From Eledone cirrhosa (lineage: Eukaryota), in assembly GCA_964016885.1 (NCBI GenBank), contig OZ024740.1, positions 325,934,001-325,998,000 of the forward strand: a stretch of 64,000 nucleotides of DNA, in the 5' to 3' direction. A program made the translations under genes and the position numbers. Under the pieces are notes generated by a model. That model saw nothing but the letters and a program-made list of their open reading frames with translations. It was not told where the DNA came from and made no database searches. Shown here one piece after another: positions 39,767-58,906 of this stretch (the stretch's first letter is position 1; each line of letters starts with the position of its first letter).

Positions 39767-39939
39767 CAGGATATCTGTAGATAAAAGGTCAAGGAAAACA
39801 ATGCAAGAGAGCTTATTTAGTATAAATAAAGTTTCATAAAGTTTAAATATATATATATAGTGTAGGTAGTACGGTGAAATACTGGTGCTGGTACTAAATC
39901 AAGCACTCTATGCACAAACAGAGTGTATATAATAGGAAA

Positions 39940-40133
39940 AAAGTTTCGTTTACATGAAAAATATTTATTGCGTATCGACCTGTTCCGTGCGTTTCGCAGA
40001 GGATTGCTTCAAGGTGACCCATAGGAGTTATGGACCCGACTCCAGTATCGATCTGTTCCTCAGACTGGTGATGCGACAAAAGATATATTTTAGGTCGATA
40101 CGCAATAAATATTTTTCATAAGTAACGAAACTT
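39940..40133. repeat. Inverted repeat (~42-bp arms) enclosing a minus-strand hammerhead-like motif
   Basis: aaagtttcgtt...cgtatcgacct and aggtcgatacg...aacgaaacttt. Minus-strand CTGAGGA (40063-40057) ... GAAAC (39995-39991). Confidence 0.75.
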
Positions 40134-40504
40134 TATGAAACTTTATTTATACTAGACTTGTGTATATAAGTAACGTGTGTATATTGATATTATACGCAGG
40201 TATATATATACATGTAGATATGATACATCAAATAAAATCGTAATTGACAATATATATAATACATAGAAATTGAACGAAGACTGCGTTACACTGTCCTATT
40301 TAATCAGTAACGTAATCCATGATACATTAAAAAAGACGATATTATATATAAACTGCATTAGGAAATTAGTATGTTTATTTAAGCGATGGCCAACTGGAAG
40401 TGTTGACATTTCAGAAATTTTAAAGAAGTGAATCTTTAAATAAACGAAATATATTTAATCAACAGCCACGAAATTTAGTAAATAAATTATGTAATATTCA
40501 TTCA

Positions 40505-40900
40505 GTGGATTGGCAGTATCGGTAGAGAGTCGAACACAATGCTTTGAAGCATAGAGTTACGTCCCTTTATGATCTGAGTTCAAATCCCGCCGAGGTTAAC
40601 TTTGCCTTTCATCCTTACGGGGTCGATAAAATAAAGTACCAGTAATACACTGGGTAATTGCTGGCCTTGTGCCAAAAGTAGAAACAATTATTTATTCAAA
40701 GGGCGGTGGATTGGCAGTATCGGTAGAGGGTCGGACGCCATGCTTTGACGCATAGAGTTACGGCCCTTGCCATTCTGAGTTCAAATCCCGCCGAGGTTAA
40801 TTTTACCTTTCATCCTTACGGGATCGATAAAATAAAGTACCAGTAATACACTGGAATAATTGCTGGCCTTGTGCCAAAAGTAGAAACAATTATTTATTCA
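40505..40900 (+). mobile_element. Head-to-tail dimer of tRNA-derived SINE family A
   Basis: Two ~200-bp copies (40505-40698 and 40700-40900). Confidence 0.88.
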
Positions 40901-41028
40901 AAGTAATCCAACTTATTTTATAAACGCGATAAAAAAAATAAACCGTACGCAGTCCCGCAGACCTTCCTTTATTATATAATATATATATGCGTGTGTGTGT
41001 GTAATATATATATGTACATATATATATT

Positions 41029-41117
<89 letters not shown>

Positions 41118-41231
41118 GGAATTTATATCTAGTAACATTTATATACACACAGATGCATATCAATGCTAGCAAATATATAGGTTTTGTCTTATGAACATTG
41201 TGGTTCAATGCATGGGGTTGCAAAACAATAA

Positions 41232-41758
41232 TATGAGAGACGTAAAATAAGAAAATTATAAAATTAACTTACTTACTAAAAAATCACTTCCAACTAATTA
41301 GTTTCTGGAATGGAGTAAATATATTTTCCGAAGAAACATATAGAAAATCATTCCGTCATCAGGAAAGTCTTTTTCATTTGTCGAGCAATATTTGGCCATG
41401 ACTGCTACTATGGTAGTAGGCTGGCCGCTGTCTTATTAACCACTCGCTTTCCACTGATTGACCTCGATGTCACGTGATTGATTCTTTTTGAATTTGCCAC
41501 AGACGTAGAGGCAGTGATTTTCTCAATGGCTAGGAATCCAGTCCACGCTTCGCTATTTCCTTTCCACTGAATTATTTTTTTAATAAGTTTCCAGAGTCCT
41601 CGCTATGCCTGGAGACTTACACGGAAAAAGACTTTCCTGATGACGGAATGATTTTCTATATGTTTCTTCGGAAAATATATTTACTCCATTCCAGAAACTA
41701 ATTAGTTGGAAGTGATTTTTTAGTAAGTAAGTTAATTTTATAATTTTCTTATTTTACG

Positions 41759-41767
<9 letters not shown>
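41232..41767. mobile_element. TA-inserted PLE end with ~140-bp inverted arms and a ~250-bp spacer; hammerhead in each arm
   Basis: Arms 41232-41372 and 41625-41767. actttc-CTGATGA(41637)-c-ggaatg...cattcc-a-GAAA(41694)-ctaattag-TT-ggaagt. Confidence 0.88.
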
Positions 41768-41850
<83 letters not shown>

Positions 41851-41893
41851 GTATATATGTATATATATATATATGTATATATGTATATATATA

Positions 41894-41966
<73 letters not shown>

Positions 41967-42003
41967 GTATATATGTATATATATATATATATGTATATAT
42001 GTA

Positions 42004-42034
<31 letters not shown>

Positions 42035-42073
42035 ATATATATATATGTATATATGTATATATATATATATATA

Positions 42074-42270
42074 TAACGAAGGAAATGTGGTAAGGAACCA
42101 GATGGATCATAACGCACCAAAGTACTCAATACTTAGGGTAATAGAGTGGGTAATAGGAACAAGTAGGACCCCGACAGCTGAGCTCAAGCCGTTTCGACGG
42201 CTAATTCTGGACTCAGAATTAGCAGTCGAAACGGCTTGAGCTCAGCCGTCGGGGTCCTACTTGTTCCTAT
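42074..42270. mobile_element. Copy 2 of the hairpin-terminated TA-inserted element (see 4760-4954)
   Basis: Same ends and same hairpin axis (gacggctaattctg gact cagaattagcagtc). Confidence 0.8.
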
Positions 42271-42939
42271 ATATATATATATACCCCATTATTCTTGTTC
42301 TTGTGTGTTGGCATGTAAACAGAACTGCATGTGTATATGTATGTTATATAAAATGTATATGTATATATGTATATAGAGAGAGGGGGAGAGAGATAACAGT
42401 CATACATGGTATATTATCATATAACAGACTAAAATGAAAGAACTAGAAATTAAGGTCAGTATGCTCTCTTCAAAATCACAAGGCCTCCTGCCAAACGCCC
42501 TACTTACTCCCATCCTGCCCTCAACCCCACCTCAAGTGTGGTCTGTCCTGTTTCAACTACGATATTTGATTTACCTGGAATCACCAGATTGTTGCAGGTG
42601 TTACATCCTCGTTAATATTGTTGTTGTTGTTGTTGTTGTTTTGTTGTTGTTGTTTTGTTGTTGTTACTGTTTTTATTATTGTCGTAATTGTTGTTAGTGG
42701 TGTGGGAGCTAATGTTATCGTTGTTGTTGTTACTTTTGTTGTTTTTGATGTCATTGGTGTTGATGTCATTGTTGTTGTTGTTGTTGTTGTTACTTTTGTT
42801 GTTTTATATGTCATTGTTGTTGTTGATTAGCCTTGATTGAGTGTTTCCAGCTGTGACCAGACCACGTTTACCATCCACCAGATGCTAGCAAACTCTTGAT
42901 CAACGGAACAGCCTGCTCTTGAAATTAACGTGTAAGTGG

Positions 42940-43102
42940 TTACCATTGTGCTTAGGTGTGCTTACGCATAGGGCCCCGTTGGCCAGGAGGGGAGGGGGCG
43001 GCCTGTCTTCCTGTCCCCAAAAAATGTTTACCTCCTTCCGGGTCAAACTAAAGGGCCTCATAACTTAACTAGCACAGTACATTTGTCCTAAATCCGGCAC
43101 TG
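42940..43102. mobile_element. hAT-like MITE copy 2, within a minus-strand CORE-SINE
   Basis: ttaccattgtgcttaggtgtgctta...taaatccggcactg, flanked by reverse-complement SINE body. Confidence 0.65.
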
Positions 43103-45164
43103 GACACATGTACTCATAACGTAATTCTCAAGGAGATTCAGTATAACACAGTGTATAAGGAGGCTGGATACTAGATATTTGAATTACAGGTGCAGTGCAT
43201 TCTAGATATTTGAATTACAGGTGCAGTGCATTCGACTTCCAAGCAGTCTCTGTCTATCTAATTTCATTCACAAAGCTGCGCTCGAACCATAGCTACGGGA
43301 AATGACTGAGGTCTATGATGTCACGAAGTGGGATCGAGCCCGGGATTCATCATTGCGAAGTGAAATTCTTAAACATTCGGTATGGTACGTCCACGATGGC
43401 AATAGATATACATAACCGCAGCTGTAAAATGCCCTGACATAAACGCAAACAAATCGACTCCAAATCAATGTTATCTGCGAACTCAAACGAATATTGTCCA
43501 TATAATTTCTGAAATTATGGTAGGCCAAATTTGTTCAATTTAGTTGTAGTGATTAGTTAAGCTGTTATTATCAAATATCAACCAATATATAAGAAACTTC
43601 GATATGCAATAAACATAACATGTACATAAATTGTAGCGCATATACAAATAGATGTGTGTTTTGATAGTTTGGGGAGAAAAATATAATTCTTGCGGGAGCC
43701 ATGGCTCTCTTGCCACCCACCCCCAGTTCCACCCCCTCTCCTATATCTAAACTCAACTCGACCCACCAGGTAGATATTACACAAGACATTAAGTAAAACT
43801 AATCATGTCCTTCAGAACAACACCCAAAGCACCCAAAGCATAACAACAACGAAACCTACGCCAATTACTAGTACGGGGTTGACGAGCGTCATCAAGCAGC
43901 AGTTTTTTTTACGTGGTTTCTATATATATATATATCTGCAGCAACCACTACCACTTTACGTAATCGGTATATATATTTGTTGTATATTTAATTATACAAA
44001 TTTATTTAAAACTATGATCCTTTAAGCTTAGTTAAGCGTCATTCTGAGGTCTATGCCTTTGGTGGCTGTCTAACTAACCTAATGATAGCACTAATTCTAC
44101 GTCCATAATGGCCATAGATATATAAAGAAAGGCTGAGATTTTGACATAGTTTGTGTATTGCTCTCAGTATTAACACAATTAGTGGATTGTCAACCATCTT
44201 GTGTACTTTAATCCATTTTCGCTAAATATTTTGCGCCCTAAGCTAGCTCTACAATCTGTGTCCCTTCTTTACTATGAATCCATTCTCTCAAATATAACAA
44301 TTTAATATTAAGTCTGCATTTTCTACTACACAGTCCACACACAACCACAGCAGATATGTGACACCATACAACACTTCCATGTTGAATACTTCCACAACGC
44401 TGTTACACGTCAAAGACGTTTAGTGATTGATTTATTGATTGCAGAAAGTTATATATTTAAGTTAATTTTTCCTCCAAATTTCGAATTAGTTTCTGCAGCT
44501 TCGAAAATAGTTGTTTGGATCACAAATAGAGAACGCTGGTGTATCAATATTTTAGTGAAAGAATCTGTTTGAAATCTTACGTGTCATTCTCTTAGATTAA
44601 GTCAATATAGTTAAAACATTATTATTTTTACTTTTTTTTTTCAGTAAAAAATTAATATCTAAAAACAGAAAAGGAAGGGAAAGACAAGGGCTCTAGGGTC
44701 ACAGAAGAATAGGAGAGGGAAAGGAGAAATATGCATAAAACTGTGATCTTTTAAGGTTCAGTAATGCGTCTTTCAGTTGTCTGATTAGGAAGGATGAGAG
44801 AAGTAGTGTGGTTTGTGGGTGTCGGCTGAGTAAGTGAAATAAAAAGACAAATAGATACATTACTGCATATGTAGATGAATAGCTGATTAGGTGGATAGAT
44901 GGATAGATAGATGGGGGAAGAAAAGGGTGGATAGAGGGTTTGCTGGATGGTTGAATAGGTAGACATATGGATAGTTATATGGATAGATGGATAAATGGGA
45001 AGATAGATAGGTAGATGGATAGATAGGTGGGTGAATAAAAGGGTAGATAGAGGTTTTGCTGGATGGTTGAATGAATAAGTGGATATATAGATAGATGGAT
45101 GGTTAGATGGATAGATGGATAGATTAATGGGCATATAGAGAGGTAACTGCATAGATGACCAGAT

Positions 45165-45745
45165 GGATACATAGCTGGGGAGATAGAGGGGTGGATGGTT
45201 AGATGACCAGATGGATGAGTGGATAGATACATAGCTGGAGAGATAGAAGGGTGGATGGTTAGATGACCAGATGGATGAGTGGATAGATACATAGCTGGAG
45301 AGATAGAGGGGTGGATGGTTAGATGACCAGATGGATGAGTGGATAGATACATAGCTGGAGAGATAGAAGGGTGGATGGTTAGATGACCAGATGGATGAGT
45401 GGATAGATACATAGCTGGAGAGATAGAAGGGTGGATGGTTAGATGACCAGATGGATGAGTGGATAGATACATAGCTGGAGAGATAGAAGGGTGGATGGTT
45501 AGATGACCAGATGGATGAGTGGATAGATACATAGCTGGAGAGATAGAGGGGTGGATGGTTAGATGACCAGATGGATGAGTGGATAGATACATAGCTGGAG
45601 AGATAGAAGGGTGGATGGTTAGATGACCAGATGGATGAGTGGATAGATACATAGCTGGAGAGATAGAAGGGTGGATGGTTAGATGACCAGATGGATGAGT
45701 GGATAGATACATAGCTGGAGAGATAGAAGGGTGGATGGTTAGATG
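45165..45745. repeat. 60-bp tandem repeat, ~9.5 near-identical copies
   Basis: agatagaagggtggatggttagatgaccagatggatgagtggatagatacatagctggag. Confidence 0.97.
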
Positions 45746-45850
45746 GATGAATGGATGGATGGATGGATGGATGTGTGGATAGATAGATAAATGGCTGGCT
45801 GCGTGGATGGATGGAGACAGAAAGGGGGGAGGGAGGGAGAGAGAGAGAGT

Positions 45851-45943
<93 letters not shown>

Positions 45944-46098
45944 GGAGAGAAAACGGGAGAGACAAAGAGAAAGACAGACAGTTGCGTTGATAAATGGATA
46001 GACAGATAAACTAATAGCTGGTCGGATCATTAAGGAAGGAAAAGACGGTAAAACTACGATTGACAAGGAGAAAAGGTAAGTTTCAGATAGACGAATGT

Positions 46099-49000
46099 AA
46101 ACATATAGTATAGGTATATAACCTATAGTATAGGTATATAACATATAGTATAGGTATATAACCTATAGTATAGGTATATAACATATAGTATAGGTATATA
46201 ACCTATAGTATAGGTATATAACATATAGTATAGGTATATAACATATAGTATAGGTATATAACATATAGTATAGGTATATAACCTATAGTATAGGTATATA
46301 ACATATAGTATAGGTATATAACCTATAGTATAGGTATATAACATATAGTATAGGTATATAACCTATAGTATAGGTATATAACCTATAGTATAGGTATATA
46401 ACATATAGTATAGGTATATAACATATAGTATAGGTATATAACATATAGTATAGGTATATAACCTATAGTATAGGTATATAACATATAGTATAGGTATATA
46501 ACCTATAGTATAGGTATATAACATATAGTATAGGTATATAACCTATAGTATAGGTATATAACCTATAGTATAGGTATATAACATATAGTATAGGTATATA
46601 ACATATAGTATAGGTATATAACATATAGTATAGGTATATAACATATAGTATAGGTATATAACCTATAGTATAGGTATATAACATATAGTATAGGTATATA
46701 ACCTATAGTATAGGTATATAACATATAGTATAGGTATATAACATATAGTATAGGTATATAACCTATAGTATAGGTATATAACATATAGTATAGGTATATA
46801 ACATATAGTATAGGTATATAACCTATAGTATAGGTATATAACATATAGTATAGGTATATAACATATAGTATAGGTATATAACATATAGTATGGGTATATA
46901 ACATATAGTATAGGTATATACCCTATAGTATAGGTATATACCCTATAGTATAGGTATATAACATATAGTATAGGTATATAACATATAGTATAGGTATATA
47001 ACATATAGTATAGGTATATAACCTATAGTATAAGTATATAACCTATAGTATAGGTATATAACATATAGTATAGGTATATAACCTATAGTATAGGTATATA
47101 ACATATAGTATAGGTATATAACATATAGTATAGGTATATAACATATAGTATAGGTATATAACATATAGTATAGGTATATAACCTATAGTATAGGTATATA
47201 ACCTATAGTATAAGTATATAACCTATAGTATAGGTATATAACATATAGTATAGGTATATAACATATAGTATAGGTATATACCCTATAGTATAGGTATATA
47301 CCCTATAGTATAGGTATATAACATATAGTATAGGTATATAACATATAGTATAGGTATATAACATATAGTATAGGTATATAACCTATAGTATAGGTATATA
47401 ACATATAGTATAGGTATATAACCTATAGTATAGGTATATAACATATAGTATAGGTATATAACCTATAGTATAAGTATATAACCTATAGTATAGGTATATA
47501 ACATATAGTATAGGTATATAACCTATAGTATAGGTATATAACCTATAGTATAGGTATATAACCTATAGTATAGGTATATAACCTATAGTATAGGTATATA
47601 ACCTATAGTATAGGTATATAACCTATAGTATAGGTATATAACCTATAGTATAGGTATATAACCGATAGTATAAGTATATAACCTATAGTATAGGTATATA
47701 ATCTATAGTATAGGTATATAACATATAGTATAGGTATATCACATATAGTATAGGTATATAACCTATAGTATAGGTATATAACCTATAGTATAGGTATATA
47801 ACCTATAGTATAAGTATATAACCTATAGTATAGGTATATAACCTATAGTATAGGTATATAACATATAGTATAGGTATATAACATATAGTATAGGTATATA
47901 ACCTATAGTATAGGTATATAACATATAGTATAGGTATATAACATATAGTATAGGTATATAACATATAGTATAGGTATATAACCTATAGTATAGGTATATA
48001 ACATATAGTATAGGTATATAACCTATAGTATAAGTATATAACCTATAGTATAGGTATATAACCTATAGTATAGGTATATAACATATAGTATAGGTATATA
48101 CCCTATAGTATAGGTATATAACCTATAGTATAGGTATATAACATATAGTATAGGTATATAACCTATAGTATAGGTATATAACCTATAGTATAGGTATATA
48201 ACATATAGTATAGGTATATAACATATAGTATAGGTATATAACCTATAGTATAGGTATATAACCAATAGTATAGGTATATAACATATAGTATAGGTATATA
48301 ACATATAGTATAGGTATATAACCTATAGTATAGGTATATAACCTATAGTATAGGTATATAACCTATAGTATAGGTATATAACATAGTATAGGTATATAAC
48401 ATATAGTATAGGTATATAACCTATAGTATAGGTATATAACATATAGTATAGGTATATAACCTATAGCATAGGTATATAACATATAGTATAGGTATATAAC
48501 CTATAGCATAGGTATATAACATATAGTATAGGTATATAACCTATAGTATAGGTATATAACTTATAGTATAGGTATATAACCTATAGTATAGGTATATAAC
48601 ATATAGTATAGGTATATAACCTATAGTATAGGTATATAACCAATAATATAGGTATATAACATATAGTATAGGTATATAACATATAGTATAGGTATATAAC
48701 CTATAGTATAGGTATATAACATATAGTATAGGTATATAACCTATAGTATAGGTATATAACCTATAGTATAGGTATATAACATATAGTATAGGTATATAAA
48801 ATATAGTATAGGTATATAACCTATAGTATAGGTATATAACCTATAGTATAGGTATATAACATATAGTATAGGTATATAACATATAGTATAGGTATATAAC
48901 ATATAGTATACGTATATAACATATAGTATAGGTATATAACCTATAGTTTAGGTATATAGCATATAGTATAGGTATATAACCTATAGTATAGGTATATAAC

Positions 49001-49440
49001 ATATAGTATAGGTATATAACATATAGTATAGGATTATAACATACAGTATAGATATATAACATATACTATAGGTATATAACATATAGTATAGGTATATAAC
49101 AGATAGTATAGATAAATAACCTATAGTATAGGTATATAACCTATAGTATAGGTATATAACATATAGTGTAGGTATATAACATATAGTGTAGTTATATAAC
49201 ATATAGTATAGTTATATAACATATAGTATAGGTATATAACATATAGTATAGGTAAATAACATAGTATAGGTATATAAACTATTGTATAGGTAAATAACCT
49301 ATAGTATAAGTATATAACATAGTATAGGTACATAACATAGTAACAGCATAAAACTTATAGTATAGGCAAATAACATAGTATAGGTAAAATTTATAGTATA
49401 GACATAACATAGTATAGGTAAAACTTATAGTATAGACATA
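46099..49440. repeat. 20-bp minisatellite (ac[a/c]tatagtataggtatata)n, ~165 copies
   Basis: Direct reading; degenerates after ~48900. Confidence 0.98.
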
Positions 49441-49709
49441 TATATACGAATATAACAGTTTAGACACTAACATATTATATAAGCATAAAACAAACAGAAT
49501 TCTTTTTTTTTCATGTCTGGTACTTATTTTATTGATCTGTCTTTTATCGAACTGCTAAATATGGGACATAAACACAGACACAAACGTAATCACAGACTCA
49601 TACACACACACACTCTCTCTGATACATACACATATGTATTATATATATGTATATATATATAATATATATACATATGTGTGTGTGTGTGAGTATGTCTATG
49701 TCTGTGTGT

Positions 49710-49992
49710 GTGAAGGCGCGTGCCTTTGTGGTTAGGGCATTCAGCTCACAGTCGTAAGGTCGTAAGTTCGATTCTCGGTGGCGCGTTGTGTCTTTGAGTA
49801 AGACACTTCATTTTACGTAGCTCCAGTCCACTTAAATGGCAAAAATGAGTTTTTACCGTAATTCGAACGGTCAACCTTGTCACATTCTGTCTCACGCCGA
49901 ATCTCCCTGAGAACCACATTAAGGGTACGCGTGTCTGTGGAATGTTCAGTTACTTACACATTAATTTCACGAGCAGGCTGTTCCGAGATCCG
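49710..49992 (+). mobile_element. tRNA-derived CORE-type SINE, monomeric
   Basis: tRNA-like head, B box aagttcgattc, CORE-like gttgtgtctttgagtaagacactt, single body unit. Confidence 0.8.
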
Positions 49993-49994
49993 TA

Positions 49995-50038
<44 letters not shown>

Positions 50039-50092
50039 CGGAAAAGGTTCAGGACACCGACGACAGGGCTCAAGCCGTTTCGACGGTGGACC

Positions 50093-50167
<75 letters not shown>

Positions 50168-50812
50168 TATGTCGGGTCACTCTTCAGTGCTACTGGTAAC
50201 ATGTAACCCAGTACAACCTGTGGCATAATCGGGTCGTCGGCGGCTAAACCGGCAACCCCACCAAGTTTACTTGGTAAGGAAGCTGATTATGGACACCCTG
50301 CAGAACAAAAAACAAAACCTGACAAAGGGCGGAAGAACTCATAAAAGTCAACGGCCATCTAAATGTGTGTAAATATGTAATACACATGTACATATGTATG
50401 TATATGTATATGTGTATATGCATGGGTGTATGTATATGCGCGGGGACATAGAAATAGTCGGGCTGGACACCCGATTACGCGCCGTTAAACCACTGGAAGT
50501 GAAGGACCCCTAGCCTTTGTCAGGGCATTCTTCTAGTAGAAGGCAACTCGGGAAACTGGGATAACTCCGATATAAAACCTGCTGCTCGGTAGTTACCGAT
50601 GATGTTGATCTTTTCTTCTTTTCGGGTTATAGCTACTGCCGCTCAGAGAGTGGGATTGGCTCAGTGCACAGTCTTTCCTCACCTTAAAAAATTCTTCACG
50701 CACAAGCATTGCACGATAGAATTAATTAATTATTATTAATAATGGTATATCGTGCAATGGCCATACTCGATAACGAGGGGGCAGCCATCATATATACATA
50801 TATATATATATA

Positions 50813-50891
50813 CAGGGTGTCTCCAAAAAATGTATACACACTTCAACAGCATTCTAATATATGTGTGTAAACATTTTGGGGGGACGCCCTG
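50813..50891. mobile_element. 79-bp Tc1/mariner-type MITE
   Basis: TA|CAGGGTGTCTCCAAAAAATGTATACACAC...GTGTGTAAACATTTTGGGGGGACGCCCTG. Confidence 0.7.
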
Positions 50892-50909
50892 TGTATATAT
50901 ATACATTAA

Positions 50910-51096
50910 TAATTGTTTCTATTTTAGGCACATGGCCAGCAATTATCCCAGTGTATTACTGGTACTTTATTTTATCGACCCCGTAAGGATGAAAGGCAAA
51001 GTTAACCTCGGCGGGATTTGAACTCAGAACGTAAAGGGCCATAAGTCTATGCTGAAAAGCATGGTGTCTGACGCTCTACCGATACAGCCAAACCAT
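50910..51096 (-). mobile_element. tRNA-derived SINE family A
   Basis: Reverse complement of the 26150-26340 consensus. Confidence 0.85.
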
Positions 51097-51754
51097 TAAA
51101 TAATAGTAATAATAAATGTGAAAACTAAAATCCGAAGAGGGTTCGATAAAGATTATATATATATATATATAAACCCGTAGAGCAAGTATTTATTATAATA
51201 AGAACAATTTAAATTTTAAGCAAAGAATCACTGCTTTCACCCTTAACGGGATCTTCTGAAATAAAAAAATAAAAAATCAATCTGTGGACGCAGAAGTAAA
51301 TATTTCGAAAAACGTTGCAACCGAAGGAAAACAGGAAGACGATACTTTGGTTCGTGATGACGTTCCCTGGCAATGAATATATATATCATACGGACCTCTA
51401 GTTTTCTACCAAATATAATTTGACTTACAATGCATTGGTCAACCTGTGGCTATAGTAAAAGACACTTGACTAAAATGCACGCAGCGGAATAGAACCCAGA
51501 ACATCGTGGTTGTGAACTGAACTCTTTAACCACACAGTTATACCCGGCATAAAACGAAATATAATATAGAAAGAAGAAGAAAAACAAATAGAAAGAAAGA
51601 AAGAAAAGAGAATGAATGAATGGAATTAAAACTGGAGAGTGAGAGAAAGAGAGAGATGTGAAGCGGAGAGAAAGGAGGAAGAGAAAGAGAGATGTATGAA
51701 TAAAAGCAGGAAGAGAGACGGTTTATCGAGTAGTATAGTTGAGTTCTTGGGCCG

Positions 51755-51792
51755 CTGGTTATAAACAGCTGTGTCGGTCGCTGTCAGTATAT
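51755..51792 (+). promoter_or_regulatory. Candidate Pol II core promoter (TATA + Inr)
   Basis: TATAAA 51760-51765 and TCAGT 51784-51788 in unique, CpG-containing sequence downstream of a GA-rich tract. Confidence 0.45.
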
Positions 51793-52136
51793 CGACAGAG
51801 TAACAAAGCAGGCATTTATTTTAAAGTGTTGCTGTTGTTATTGCTTTAATTCTCATCGGTTGACCAGAAAACGTACGTCTAGTTACTTTGCACTAAATAC
51901 ATTTATATATAAAAAGTATATATTCTATATATTTTCCTCGCATATTTTCTCCAAACGAAGCCTCATAAACATATATACACTTATGTATATATATAGTTAT
52001 TAATATATATTATATATTTTCCTCGCATTTATCTGAACAAAACATTTAGAAGTATAAACACATAAGTCTATATTTATATATATAATATATTTATTAATAT
52101 TATTATTTTGGTAAACTCTTGGAACTATCATTAACA

Positions 52137-52189
52137 ATGCCAGGGGATTCTTCTGATGAAACCACCACCTCTGCTCCGAGCAAAGAAGC
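52137..52189 (+). CDS. Candidate first coding exon MPGDSSDETTTSAPSKEA..., cut by an assembly gap; product unknown
   Basis: ACAATG context and an abrupt shift from AT-rich leader to ~50% GC open frame up to the N run. Confidence 0.4.
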
Positions 52190-52389
52190 NNNNNNNNNNN
52201 NNNNNNNNNNNNNNNNNNNNNNNNNNNNNNNNNNNNNNNNNNNNNNNNNNNNNNNNNNNNNNNNNNNNNNNNNNNNNNNNNNNNNNNNNNNNNNNNNNNN
52301 NNNNNNNNNNNNNNNNNNNNNNNNNNNNNNNNNNNNNNNNNNNNNNNNNNNNNNNNNNNNNNNNNNNNNNNNNNNNNNNNNNNNNNNNN
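52190..52389. other. Assembly gap (200 N)
   Basis: N run. Confidence 1.
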
Positions 52390-57370
<4,981 letters not shown>

Positions 57371-57387
57371 TATTTATATCATATTCG

Positions 57388-57575
57388 GACGGTGGATTGG
57401 CAGTATCGGTAGAGGGTCGGACGCCATGCTTTCCAGCATAGTTACGTCCCTTTATGATCTGAGTTCAAATCCCGTCGAGGTTGACTTTGATTTTCATCCT
57501 TACGGCCTCGATAAAATAAAGTACCAGTAATGCACTGGATAATTGCTGGCCTTGTGCCTAAAGTAGAAACAATTA
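57388..57575 (+). mobile_element. tRNA-derived SINE family A
   Basis: Same consensus as 26150-26340. Confidence 0.85.
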
Positions 57576-57579
57576 TTTA

Positions 57580-57797
57580 TATCATATTCATCATCATCAG
57601 TTACGTCTGCTTTTCCCTGCTTGCAAGGGTGGGACGGGTCTTATTCAGCACAGCATCTCTCCACTCGTCATTGTCCCTCGTCATCTCCACCGTGAGCTTC
57701 AATGATCTGAGGTCTGTTCTCACCACCTTCGCCCATGTTTTTCGTGGTCTACCTCTACCACGTCTTCCTTCAACTGGCATTTCCTGGCACTTCTTCA
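57580..57797 (-). mobile_element. RTE LINE extreme 3' end with (TGA)n tail
   Basis: CQEMPVEGRRGRGRPRKTWAKVVRTDL....MTRDNDEWR is the typical RTE C-terminus. Confidence 0.85.
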
Positions 57798-58139
57798 TAT
57801 ATATATTATATATATATATTATTTATATTATATTATATATATTATATATTATATGTATATTATTTATATTATATTATATATATATTATATATTATATTTA
57901 TATATATTTATATATTATATTTATATATATTTATATATTATATTTATATATATATATTATATTTATATATATATATATATTATATTATATTGCCTGAATA
58001 AAAAAGAAAACTATTGGGAGGCGGTAGTCCGTGTGTGTGTGTGTGTGTGTCTGTGTGTGAAAGGTAAACTGAAATAACACAATCGGTACAGTATATGGAA
58101 GGTATATATTAGGTTAACATTTCATATAGCAGGAAGAGG

Positions 58140-58180
58140 GTATTAACGTTTCGGACGCTAGTCATTCATCAGAAGAAAGT
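58140..58180 (-). ncRNA. Minimal hammerhead motif
   Basis: Minus strand: CTGATGA-atgactagcgtcc-GAAA-cgtta. Confidence 0.5.
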
Positions 58181-58875
58181 ATGAGAAATATATATATATA
58201 ATGTTAAACTTCAAATATATCGGAGCTATATTAGCAATTCTCAAAGGAGAGTAGAGAATTCAATTTATAGAATGTATTTGCCAGCTGTTAAGAGAAAGAA
58301 ATAGTTCAATGCGTTTATATTATATATAAAAGCTTGAAGAGCTAGTGGAAGAGTGGTCACACATATAAATGCAAAGTAAATATAGACAAATGTATTTAAG
58401 ATGCAGAATTAAATAACATATTCTATGCTAAAAGTAATCTAAATTTTACAGTGATAAAACTTCACCAATGACTATTTTTCCCTCCAAAGAGAATGAGCTG
58501 TGATCTTATAGAAATACATCTATTTCTATATGAAACGAATTCTGTAATAACACTTAGAATATATGCAGATAACAATAAATAATAATTGAATAAGTTAGCT
58601 AAAGTACCCCTCGAGACGGGGGGTAAGAGGGACAAAATTACCTGTGGGAATAAATATATGGTTAAAAAAAAGTAACCGGCCAGTTACAATCGCTCTCTCT
58701 CATACTATTATATGGCATTTAATTTTGGCACAAAGCTAGTAGTTTTATGGTGGCGGAATTTGAACTAAAAAACAGGGGCTAAGTGTTGTATCTAAATGCA
58801 ACAGTGTCCGTCGTTCTAATGAGTCTAGCAAACTACCCCTCCCCACCTTAATATGAGTATATTGCTATAAATAGA

Positions 58876-58906
<31 letters not shown>

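Noticed and set aside
44751-46144. ~400-aa ORFs
   Set aside because: Derived from the 60-bp tandem repeat and (GA)n/(GATA)n tracts.
51225-51265. Minus-strand hammerhead-like motif (CAGAAGA-tcccgttaagggt-GAAA)
   Set aside because: Core is mutated and there is no convincing stem I or III; at most a dead relic.
52153-52189. CTGATGA near the gap as a hammerhead
   Set aside because: No stem II plus GAAA is visible before the Ns; better explained as Ser-Asp-Glu codons.
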